Shown here: in pieces, positions 42,374 through 54,900 of the stretch
Position numbering within the stretch: the stretch's first letter is position 1
Layout of the letters: every line of letters starts with the position of its first letter
Assembly: GCA_000708835.1 (NCBI GenBank)
Contig: DF238762.1
Location: 117,483-181,482 of the forward strand
From: Klebsormidium nitens
Taxonomy: Eukaryota; Plantae; Klebsormidiophyceae
Length of the DNA stretch: 64,000 bases
Direction: 5' to 3'
Translations under genes and position numbers: made by a program
The notes under the pieces: generated by a model
Database searches by the model: none
Seen by the model: the letters and a program-made list of their open reading frames with translations, nothing else
Told to the model about the DNA's origin: nothing

Positions 42374-42984
42374 AAAGAACTCTTCCAACTCCCTAGTGAG
42401 ACCAAATCACTAGGGATAACACAAATCCAAATTGTAGAGAATAGACAAATAAAAACTATGGACAAAATTTTCAAATTTTTCTTGATTTAGATGGTGCAAT
42501 TAGTACAGTAATAAAAAAACAAGCCAAAAAGTTGCAGGGCATCACCTTTTTGTTTTTTTACAATGTAGAGTACTTCTTTTTTTGTAAAGAGGAGTTTACG
42601 CTGAAACCAAACATTGGTTATAAATTGATATAACTATCGAACAATAAATATATGGCTTTAGCGACTAAAGTGAATGAAGTGCGTTTCGTTTATTGAATCT
42701 ACCGCCAAGTAGGTCAAAGTATCCACCCCTTCTTGTTTGTACCATATTATCAATAAAAATAGAATAGTAAGTTTCCAAGCGAGGGACCCCTCCCCCGCTT
42801 GGCCGACTAAAAGTTGTCCACCCGACGCCTACTATGCCCCATTTGTTCGTTTAACGAGTCCTATTCTCTTACCGAAAATAGATTGAAGAAGTGGTGCAAA
42901 TAGGTCATCATCCAAGATTGTCCCCTAAGTACGTGTTCTTTCAAGCTTTGAAAGAGGATTTCAAGGGGACGGGCTTTATTCTTC

Positions 42985-45900
42985 CTACTTATTCTTCCTA
43001 TTAGGCTTGTTGTAAGATCGAGACACAAGGAGGCGCCACAAGCTCTTGGGAACAAGTGGATAGGCCTTGTTTCGAGCCCATAGCTTGAACCCTTCGGGTT
43101 GCTTTTCGAATTCAGAGCGGATCGACTTCACAAGAAGTATACGCAACTCGGTTCGACCCAGTTGGGGGATGCCTGCCTTACGACCAAGCATCTCTACCCT
43201 CCATATGCGATCGGACCAACGAAGCATCCAGTCAAACCCTAGGTCTCGCAGGGCGCGTCTTAGCGGCTTGAGCCTCTCTCTCCATGTTTGTTGGTAGGGC
43301 TTCTCAGGGAAGTAATAGCGAGTTCTCCACCAGATTGATGATGCACGCCAAGTGCGCAAGGAATACATAGCTTTCTGGATAAAGTGTTCGGGAAGCCCAT
43401 GGAAGGAGTAGCTCATCTCATGGGCCATAGGTCTCGCAAGGGTACCCATAGACGTCATGTAAAGATCCTTCGTACGAATCTCCATTGTACGGGCGACGGA
43501 TGGGCCATCCTCGTATCCCTTTAGCTTGGACACTTGAAGGTCCATCCACTGGGAGAAGAAAGGCTGGAGGGGTACGGGCTCAGGAAGCCTATTTCCTACG
43601 TGACGCACCTTACGCTCGTACTTCCTTTTCGTCACTGGCTCTTCTTGTTCTATCTGCCCCAAACCCGACGACACACTGTTTTTCAATAGAAGATTCGAGT
43701 CATTATGACTCTTGCGGGAGCTTAGCATATGATGGAGCAACGCTTTACTTGCAAAGAGCCGATCCTGTTTGTTCCTGTCGGCTCCGTAAGAGGCTGATTC
43801 GTGGTTGGGGGAAGGCAAGTTTTTCGCTGGCAGGCGTCCGGCTAGCGGTTTTCCTTGACCGTTGCTCTGCAAGGACTGGACTGTCAATTTCCAGGTAGGC
43901 TGGACTTGGGCCCAGGTTTGGAACGGGTGAGTTCGGTGCTGGGATCCATCTTGAGCATTGGAGTGAGTCAGTTGGAGTAGCTTTGCGGGCAGATAAGACA
44001 AGGTGTTGATTTGAGTCTTAAGCCACCGGGATGTACGATTCGCCCATGCAGTTAGTTGAAAGATCCACTGATAGATTTGTTGAGATAGCTCGTGAGGGGA
44101 AAGCAAGACGGGTCTTGGCAGCCTGTTTTCTTCATTGGTACCTGGGAGCCTGTTCTCTGGGCGGATAGGCTGGCCAAACGCCCCGATGGCCTGGCATTGC
44201 CAAAGAGCAATTCCCTGTCGGGCCTCTCTGCCTAGGTGCCTGGTACCTTGCTGTCTAAGATTATTCTCTGCTATTGCATGCTTGGGGGAAGGAGGGCTAT
44301 ATACGAACTTCCTTTGTACTACTCCCATAGCCCAGCCTAGAGTTCGTACCTTCATTCGTGGGAGAGGTTGTACAAGGTTTCTTGTTCGTACCTGATTCGC
44401 TTCGTCGTGCCGTCGATTATCAAGCTGTGCAGTTCGTATTTTCCACATTTCCGGATTTTCTATCTCTCTGGCGAGAGGACACTGCAAGCTTGGTGGGAGA
44501 CCCTGGGGTTGTACAGGGCCCATGAAGAGAACGGGATCCAGGGGAGTATGAATGTCAAGCATAACTGACTTGCCAAGAGCCTTACCCATCAGCGCTCTCC
44601 AGGCTCGTATGTCCTGAACAGTGTGCCAATGGAGAAATTCCATGTGCACGCTTTCTTCATTCTTTTTCCATGCTATACTTTCTTCGGGTTGGTTTTTACC
44701 CCAAGCCCAGACGTCCTCTGAGCGCTCTCCGCGTCGTTGATAGACCACCACGTTCCCCTTAAGGTTAAACCGCACTCTGTTTCCAACAACAAAGCTGCCA
44801 AATAAGCTACTATCCCACGGCTCAACCCCATAGTAGTTATAATCGTCAACCCCATCGTAGTAGTAATCAATTCCAAAGTCAACAGAGTCCTCAAAGCCGG
44901 GCCTGTAGACCACGAGATCGCTTTGCGCGGGGCTGGTTCGAGAGGTAGATACCTTTTTTACGTAAGCCAAGGCATCCACTAGGCTCACCATCCTTGGATT
45001 CTTATCCATCTCGTTTATAACTTCTAATTTATTGTTCATTGGCATCTGCTGCTTGAGTTTCTCAAGCCTAGTACTGCTCTCAGAATCCAGAAGATCAGGT
45101 GTCGCCCTTTTCTCCAGAGAGAGCCGATCTCGCAAGTGTTTGTTATAGCTAAGGCTCTCAATCTCTTTGCTCAGTGTACGGAGCTGCCATTCGACCTCAA
45201 GGGGAATTTCCACCTTAGGTAAGGAACGAACTGCAAGCCCCCAGGGAGCATGCAGGCGACGAGTATCTCGCGTAGCGTGTAGGCTTGAAGAGGGTACGAG
45301 GATGCGCATGCTCTTTGTGGCCTCCTGTTGCAAAATGTGAGCAAGCTGACGAGAGGGCAGGCTTAAATCATATAGCGCAACCATTAATTTTGCCATGTCT
45401 TCTCTCACCCAAGATCCGCTGGTCTCTACTTGGCATGCTTTTCTTTCGTTCACATCCATGAAAAGACGAAGTAAGTCCAAGGCCTCTTCCAGGCCAGATC
45501 TAGACTTTCGAAGACCTGTCACTGCCCTCTCAATCACCTCAGGCACCTCCAGCAATGTTCTCTCCAACGCTTTTTGAGATTCACGATAAGCTTGCAGCAT
45601 CTCTTTCCGATGGCGCGCATAAAGACGAAGCCGACGATTGATATTATCCTCCATACTTGAGGAAAGCATAGACTTGGTTGTTGCACTGAGACAAACCAGG
45701 GCGGCCTCCCTTAGTCGAACAGGCATGGACCGCAAGTTCCTCTCTCGAAGTTTGGGGTCCCTACGGCTCCATAGTCTCTTGCCCTCTGCCAAGTTCATAG
45801 GCTCTTTCAGCCCCCTAGGATTTTTAAGGGCTTGCTCTATATTATCAATATCAAGTGCTAGGCCTTGAAACAAAACAATGAGTCTTTGTCGTTGGAACTC

Positions 45901-48900
45901 GCTAAGGTGTAAAGCCGCGCTACAGGTGCCATGTACGAGACGTTCAATTTCGGCCGTACGCCATGAGAAGGCTTTATCGCGAATTGTGCTCTTTTGCTTG
46001 AGGATCAAAGCTTCTCTCTCTCTTTGGGGGAGGCTCTTGTTGAACTGAAATAGTTGACCCTTGGAATGGTCTGTTAGGTTTAAATCACTCCGTCGTAGAG
46101 CGAAAGATTCCCATTTTATGGCCCACTCTTCCAGGCTCATGCTATCCTTTTCCCAAACTTCTTGAGGATTGAGCACGGCCGATTTAGCAAGGCAGGCTGT
46201 AGCTCTTTCTAGGCACCGTTTACAGCTTTTCAAGCAGTTTCTCTCTACCCTCGTCACTTCGCGCCGGCTTAGTTGATTGTCCACAGCTTGTGCCAAGTTG
46301 CCAGCAAGAGACATTGTTCGCTCAACCTTTTTGCGCTCTATAGCGTATAGCTTTGTATCAAATGCTTGGCTCTCGGGAGAATCTTGGTGCAAAAGCCTTG
46401 AACCTTCCAACACAGCCATTGCAATTGTGCTTTCTATGTTCCGTAGGCTTGTTAGGTAGGACATAGCTTGCACTTGGCGAACAAGGCTGTGGCTCACCGA
46501 GCCAGAGGGAAGAGCTTCTTCTGCCCAGGACAGTGTGACCCCAGTAATTCCCAAACTACTCTGATGGCAAATCGAACTCCTATTCGGTCTTTGTCCAATC
46601 CGATCGAAGATCAAGCCATAGCTGGGTTGCCTCCAAAATAGACGAACCTCGTCCCATAGCTTTGCTTGCCTCCACGGAGATAACATGTTCCAGCCTTCTT
46701 CTCGCCAATGAAGGACAAAGAAACGGGCCACATGGGCTAAAGAGTTCCAGCTGTCTTGAATCGGAAGGGACAAGGTATGGGCTTTATCTTTAAGACTTCC
46801 AAGTGTTTCCATCATTTTCGGCTTCCCGCGCTTGAGGCTAAGCGTCTCAAGATGTATTTGATTCCTCCATGCCTTGCCTGGTTCATGCCGGATCAAGCCC
46901 GCGAAAACCTCTCTTCTTGCTCGTTCTTGGCTCAGTGCAAACTTCCTTGTTTCACGCTCTCGTTGTTTTAGGGCTTTAAGACGGCTCATAACACCTTCTG
47001 TGTAGCTCTGGTTGGGAATCAAACCTTGACCCAGCTTGCTCAGAAGTGGAAGAGGTACCTGTAGACTGTAAGAGGAATGCTGCCATAGACGTTCCACCCA
47101 TAGGTGTAGCTTATGGCCTAGAGCTCTGCGACGGATCTTGTTCATTCTGCGTAGCATTCTTTGTCTGGAGGAGTCAGGCGCTAGCCTCTTCCAAAGAGCA
47201 AGGCTGCGTCGTATTAGACCGCTTGAAAATAGACCGTTCTGGTCTTTTTTCTCATATTCGAAGCCCTCCGGATCATACAGCTCCTCATAGCTGTTCAAGC
47301 TCTCTTTGTCCGAAAGCTCTGGTTGGGGCTCTTGAGGCTGAGGCTCTAGCTGGTGCTCTTGAGTCTGAGGCTCTGGCTGATGCTCTTGAGGCTGAAGCTC
47401 TGGTGAGAACTGCTCCTTCGAATGAACCTCGTCAATGTGCTGGGTTGTTTGGCCATCTAAGATATCAACCTTTTTCCGAAGAGGTTTCATCAACACGTCT
47501 GAGTCATAGAGTTCACCCCGGAAAGCAAAGTCTTTAATACTTGTATAGTGTGGCAGTCCCTTAGCTCGCCGCTTACCCGTCTTATTGGCTAGTGTGCTCA
47601 TGCGTTGAAAGCGTGTGGGGTTGTTCAACTGCAATATCCGCCAGTTTCGGTTTGTTAGCACTTGTATAGGATAAACGTATTGATTTTGGGCCTTAGAGGA
47701 ACCAGCTTTTACAACCCAGTCGTAATTTTGTAGGTCCATTCCTAGCCACCATGGCTTAACGCCCGGAACCTGTCCATAAGTCTTTAGAAAAAACGAGGGT
47801 ACTCGCTTATTAATATAGGGAAGATCATGATATGGGACTCTAGTAAAGCCAAAAAAGCTCCACAACTTCTTCGTTACAGCCTTGCGTCTACGGATAAACC
47901 GATTGTAGTATTTGCGGAGCCCCTCAGAACTGTTGTCTGGTGGGTACACCCGTTTGTATAGCTTGCGATAGTAGTTAAGGTTGTCGTAGTCATTTCGGGG
48001 AAGAAGAAAGCTCTTCACCTCTATCTCGTTCAGTGCTTTCCAGGGGTTATGCACAAAGGCTTGGAGAGCCAGCTGGAGAGCCTGGAAAGGGTTCTTGATG
48101 CGCACGGCTATCATGTGGTCGCTAAAATGGCTCGACCTGTTTCTTGTTCCAACAAAGGAGGGAATCTTCTTCCACTTGCCTTCACTGACCTTGCGCTCGT
48201 ACCGGTTCCAAGAAAAAAAGCCCTTATTAGACGGTTGATAGATGAGCTGTGGCTTGCCCAAGATCATGAAGGTCAGGTACACCTTACTGTCCGAGGTAGG
48301 AAGGAGTGGGATGAAGGACCGAAACATACCCTGAACCACGCCGAGATTGAATTGAATCACCCGACTGGCAATCTCTACAAACTTTCCTAGCCATACCCCT
48401 CCAATCATATGAGAATACCTATCCACAAGAACAAGTATTCCATCCTTACTACGTAAATCGTATTCCAACCTTTTAGTAAATCGGGCCATGCTTTCCATGT
48501 CCATAGCAAGACTTATACCCCTCCGGAACAGATCCCAGTCCGGGTGTTTTTGAAAGGTCTCATAGGATGGACTTAAACCAAAGAACACTTGTTCGCTGTC
48601 ATTGTTCGTCGGAACATACTTCTTTAAGTTCACGTGGTCCAAATTCTCAAAATCGCTGTCTAAAACTTTGCCAATACGCTTACGCTTACGCTTGAAGTAT
48701 TGAGTGTTCCGATAGAGGGGCTCCAAGATGGTAGGGTAAGACTTGTATTGGCGTAAAGAAGATGGGCTTACCCCCCGACCTAAGCTGCTCTCTGGCTTCA
48801 CAAGACGTGGGATTCCAAGGAATCCTCGACTGATTTGATAGGACCGTCGAGGCAATAAGCCTGGCTTGAGACGACGTATTGTCTCCATAGACATAGATTC

Positions 48901-51900
48901 TCGACCGAACATATCATCCCATAGCTGGCGCCAAGGCGAGCGGTGCTCATATGTGGGTAAAAACTCTTTGATTTTCGCCAACCGACGCATCTCGGCGTAC
49001 CAGAAAGACTCCTCTTCTATCTTGGTACGTGTATTGGGCCGATCGGCATTGGGTCCTACTAGCCCCAGAGATGGGCGTAGGTATGGCAAGAAGGGTTGGT
49101 GGCCCTGGCTCCACTCGATATGCCTCCTAACGCCCACCAGATAGCCTGAAAGTCCTAGTCGGCGCACAGGCATCTCAGGCTTCCAGCTTTGAATCGCTGG
49201 GAGCTCTTCCACGTGTTTTAGGCCTTGGGACGTTTGGATTCTCTTAGCTTGTAAGCACTTTTGTCCCAAATACATCTGCTTAGTAACCTGAGAACGCCTG
49301 GAATGGCTCTCTAAGTGAGCTTGTCGGGCCCGCAATTCTCTTAACCTGTCTCTTTGGTTGGTAAAAATAGGCTTGACAAGTAAAGGATCAGTAAGAGCCT
49401 TATCCATTGACTGAGCGAGTGGCTCGGACGAAGATCGCACCATTGCCGCTAGTAAGCCAGGCTCTTTCAAAGGTTTTAAGCCCCCCGCGGGAGGCAGCCC
49501 CTCTCCGGCACTCGTACCCCAGAACGTGAGTGACTCTGCGGCGTCTAGAAGATCTGTGATCGAAGCCACTTCGCCTATCTTATCGTTCAACCCAAGCTCG
49601 GTCTCGCTGCTGTCAGTTTTATGTACTGGCAGCATAGGGTCCTCAAAAAAAATCTCATCGCTTTTATTCAACAGATTGCTACTCATACCATGGAATCGCC
49701 AGAAATCTGCCCAAGCCCAGGCTTTCTCAAATAGAGTGGGTCGCCTCATACGCTGGGGATTTGACGACTTCAACCAACTGGATTGAAGATGCAGAGAAGC
49801 CAGTCGAATGGCAAGGCGCAGACGACGCATTATTCTTTTCATCAGATATAGGTCTCGGATTGCCACTTGGTCAAGGGCTGAAGTATGAAGCCTATCTGTG
49901 CCGCTTTGCTCGTCGGCTCTTTCCGCTTCGTACTCGAGTATGGCTTCTAGGTCAACAGGGGAGCCGGAGCGGGTTGCCCATCTTGCGGCATCACCACGCT
50001 CCCAAGCACGTCGCATTATGTCTTTTCGGACTCCCTCCTGCGTATCATCTGTTTCAATACGAGAGCGAAGCTCCCCAAGAGCCCAGCGGCTCAGGCGTGG
50101 CAGGTGTTGTTTTTCCATTTCTGCTACAACCTCTGGTTCAGGCATGTTGAAGCGAACTTCTTTGGGTTCAGCATCATCTATATGAGGATCCATTGCCATA
50201 CGTCCAAGAACTCTTTCTTCGGGAAGTCCCGAATGCCCTAGATAGAATCGTGCAATGGGTCCAATCGGATAGTGATACTTCTTTTTGGATATCAATCCTC
50301 TCCACCTATCTGCCTCATTGACTTTACCTACGCGTCGGCTTATACGCCTATGCCAAGCCTGCCGCAGACTCTTATCTTTTAGAGAAGGAATGACCCTTTG
50401 CTTACGATTTTCGACTTCTTCAATTCGTTCTTTTTGCTCATCTAAATAAGCTTTACGCTCTCCCGCTGGAAGGGAGCTCTGAGCAAACCATTCCTCCGCT
50501 ATAATACGAGCACGGGAAGGATTGCGCGTTTCCTCATACGAGTTATGATGAAATATCTTGCGAAAAGGAAGTGAGCTGGCCTGGTCATACTCATCCACTC
50601 TCTCTTCTTTATTTCGCCAATTGTCACGTCCGATTAAATGATCCTCCCCATGATCGATATCGCCCCACCAATCTTCTTGCCACCACAACGAGTAAAAGCA
50701 TTCATAGAGGTCGTCCAAAGAAAGGAAAAGTGACTCTGGCTTGAACAAGAAAGACGGGGAGCTTATCGTCTCACTCTTATCCATTGGCAATTCATACCCC
50801 ATTTCCTCGCTTTTTTCGGAAACCTTTCCCTCTTTTTGTCTGTCTCTTGAGCGGGCCGGTTGTTTTTCATCCCCCTTGTCTTTTCTTTTCACAATTGTGA
50901 GAGCATCTTTTTCATAGGGTTGTATGCCTGTATCGAATAGGCCAAATATCATCTGTGATCTTTCTATCTCTTCTCCAAAGCTGAAAGCCGGAGGAAACAA
51001 TTCCAAAGCTTGCCCTTGCCTGTGACTCGCGGATAACCCTAGGTTAGCAAGTTCAGATTGAGGAATGTACTTTTGGGCTGTAGAATCCCATGTCCTATAC
51101 CTGTGGGTTCGTCCTCTCATTGTTTTTAAGCTTTCGAGGGAGTGCCTTTGCTTGTTTCCCCTGGCCAACATCCTTCCTAGGGCTAAACGATATCTAGCTC
51201 CCCATGCCCGTCTCCGCAGAGAAGGGTCCACACGCGAATCGTCTAGGCGTACCAACGCCAGGACCCTCTCGTCGTCTGCAAAGAGAGAAAGAGGGTTCAG
51301 TCCTGCTAAGCTTGCCAGTGCTTTTCGTCCTTCTTGCTCATAAAGACGTAGGCTTGTAAGTCTCAGGCTATGAGTAAGCATAAGACGTAAGTTATTCTCA
51401 CGGTTCTGCCTAGTAATCATTGCTTGTTCCGTCAAAGGCAGGGTGTATTGTGTTCTCTGATAGCGTTGCATCTTCTTACTAGCCAGCTTGGCTAGCTCGT
51501 AGCGCTGGGTTCGTAATTTCTTGCCAAGCAACGGAGGCAGAGGATTGTACAGTAAAGACCGTTTGTCCCATTGAGAACGATGCAAGGCCAAAAGCATCCG
51601 ACGGCCCCGTTCTGTCACACCCGATGTACCCTGTCGCCATAGGTTCGCCCACCTGTCCTCTAAGGGCCCAACCCATTCTAAAGCACTCACAATACCGATC
51701 TCATTGGACGCCCGCCAAGGTGCTGTTTTCTCTTTCTGAATGGCCTCACCTAGACCAGACCAAGAGTGGGTTTTGCTTGGCTCCCCTAGCAAAGTATGTC
51801 TTAACGGGGGCAGCTGGATCTGAGCTCTTCTATGATGCCATGAATCAAAGATTGGCATAGGAAGGGGGCTTAAGGAGGGGGTAGGTCCAACCCAAGTGCC

Positions 51901-54900
51901 CGATTTTTTGTACAGCGCGCGCCAGGCTGACTTGGCCATCTCTTTTTCCTTTGCATGGAACAAAGCCTGGCGAAATATCCAGGGCACGGACGAGCTCAGA
52001 TGTGTGCTACTCGACATTTGACGTAGAGACTGTAAGGAAACTCGGAGGTCAAATACTTCCTGTCTAGCTTCTCTTTCTTTTTGAGCCCTCCAAAAAGAGA
52101 GGGCTTCGCTCACTTTTTTCTCTGGTTTCCGATGGGCCCGATTCCTTAGCACTTGGATTTCTGTGAAAGATGTAAGGCCTAGGTCAGATCCAACCCTCTT
52201 TTTATAACTCAAACTCTTCAAGTGGGTTTCTCTCTGCTTATCCGGGGTCTGTCCAAAAAAGCCGTTAGCCTGCATAGCTGTTTTTTCGGACAGTTCTTGA
52301 GAGAATTGATCATTCCACTGCCCTACAAGCCGTAAGGGCTGGTTTAGCAACTGAAATGCTTGCGTGTGGACAATTCTTCCCAAGATTAGCATATCCCATT
52401 GCCAAGATTTCATAATCTTATGAATAGGCCTGCTGGCTCTTTGAACTCTCCAAGCGTTGGCCGGAGACTTTAAAAGCCTCGGGCCTTCCCAGGTCGAAAA
52501 CCCGCTACGCTGATCAAGTGTTCTAGCAATCTTTCGTGTTGCCCATTCTAGCTTTCTTCCTTGATGCTTGGGGAGGAGAGCCTGCTTGCGTAGGGACTGT
52601 CGGCGCGCCCTATCTCCAGGACCCTGGGGGGCAGGGGTCGTTGCGACCAGGTTTGTGGTGATGGGATCCATGGAGCGAGAGAGCAAGCCAGGTCGATGGC
52701 ACGCGGGGCGAGGGCCTAAACGAGAAGATTTAAGACCTGGAGCTTGGACAAGAGAACGTAACTGGGGGAAGGGCAGCCTTCTATCAGAGGGTTGGAGAGA
52801 TTTATTGCTCAGTGCTTCCAGCAGCCTCGGAACCAGTAGAAAAGGAAATTGGCCCGGCGGGCCGGTAGGGAGCCGTGCATCCGGATTGTTTGCCCACCGT
52901 TGGCCTCTTGCATAAGAATGCAAGGGTCGGGTTGGTCTGAAAGAGGAGGTTGCCTCCGAGCCATTGCGTCGGAAGAGCTTTTCCGCTAGGAAACCTGCAG
53001 TGTGGGTGAAAAGCCCTTTTGCCCAAGAGTGAAGCTTACGGGGTAGGGAAGATGGGAGGGTCAGCCTCCCCTCCGACTCAAGACGAAGAGGTACCCTGCG
53101 CCCCTGTCTTGCTCTCTGGCGTAGCATTCTTGATTCTAAGATGGCTAACATTTGTGGCTTCCCTAGGCGTCGGGCTGCGAGGTCCCTCTTGTCTCGCTCT
53201 TTAGGAAAAGAGGGCAATCTTAGCTCCTTCATCATGTCTTGAGCTTCTTCTTTTTTGCCATAGAGGTAGACATAGATGTCTGCAATCCGTTCCTGGACCT
53301 GATAGCCGGGTCGGGTACGAGCAAGACCCGGTATTATAGAAAGACATAGGCGAGGCGCTCTATCAAGCTCGGGCCATGCTAGGTGGGTCTGAGGCCGCAT
53401 CACACAAGCAAAAGCCCTTTGATGTTGGGCATAGGCCATAAGACGCACACAGTAATCGAACAAGGCTTCGCTGGGGGAAAACAGACGCTGAACCACGTCT
53501 TGATACACGTCTTCGGAGCTAAACCAGCCTTTTGTTCTCTGCTTGAATAAGAGCAAGGCGCTAGACGTCGAACGCCGCTCCCAGAGTTGAAACACCCGTC
53601 TTAGCCTCTCTAATGTATGACCTTCGAAGAGTCTTTGAACCTGCTCAGAGTTGGCTTGTAAAGGGACATGAGTAAGCAAGATACCATTGGGGGGTTGCAA
53701 AGCAGTACCAAGCGTATGCAGCACTTGTCCCTCCCTTGTCCGCTGTTTTTTAATCGGAAACCCTTTCAGTCTTGTTTTCAAACTTTTATGCTTGAGCCTA
53801 CGGCGAGGTTTTTCTTTTTGACGAATCAAAATCGTACGTCTTGCTTGACGTTTTATGTCTTCAGCCGCATTTACAACCATCTCAGACTTCATCCACTTCA
53901 AGGTGCTCGGTGCCCATCTCGGCTTACGGTTTCTGGCTCTATCCCATGGTAGCACCCTAAGGTTAGCAGGCACTTTAGGCAAAAGACCCTTGTTGTTTTG
54001 CTGTTGTACTAAGCCCTGCTTCTGTCTCTTTCGACTGGCTCCCCCCCACCATGAAGGATACCTGCGCCTTGTAGGCAAAAGAATGTCTTGTTCCCAGTCA
54101 GTGTTGGCGGAGCGAGATGACGACCTCTGCTCTTCTTGGTATTCAGAAAAAGCCGTAAACCACGGTTTCTCTGCTTTCGAACCAAAGGCGTAAGTGTGCC
54201 ATGAGCCTAATACCCGTCCTTTTGGCAAAGAAAGAGGACTTAGGCGATGAGCGAGATCCTCTTTTTCCCAGGGAAAAGCAAAGCCTCTGCTCTCTTCTAC
54301 ATACTCTTGGGGAGTAATCCTCTCATAGGGGGGTTGGATGAGAAGGTTCTGACCCAGCGCCTGTCTTTCCAAAAGAGTTGCCCCCTCTTTTTTCAGCAAG
54401 CTTTCTCCATCTGAGCGAGTCTCACTTGAAACACTAGGTGAAAGACCCGCAGTAGGAAGCACCTCAATCTCTGTCTCTAGGCCTTTGAGGACAGGCTGCT
54501 CGCACAGATCTGGTAATAGATTGACCGATTGAAGGCTGTTCTTCTCATCGACTAAGGAGCGAAGTAAGAGCTGGTTGAATGCGCCCATTTCTTCTTCCAT
54601 CTGATAAACTCGGCCATAGAGAGCAAGGCGTTGCTTGGCAATGCTCGGCACCCAGTCGCTTACCCGGTCCTGGGCAATCAAGAGAGTCTGAGTACGGGCC
54701 TCTCTTAGCTGCATCAAGCTATATTCTATCTCAAAGGGACTTGTTCGGAACTGTATGAACATTGTCGCGTAAACCATCCCACTTAACACGCGGCTAAGGG
54801 GGCTGATCAGCTGGTAAAACGTCCTTTTAGTAACCAGACTCGTGATGGATCGGCTCAAGTACAGGCTCGCATAGAATAAAAGGTTGCCAATTCCATACCC

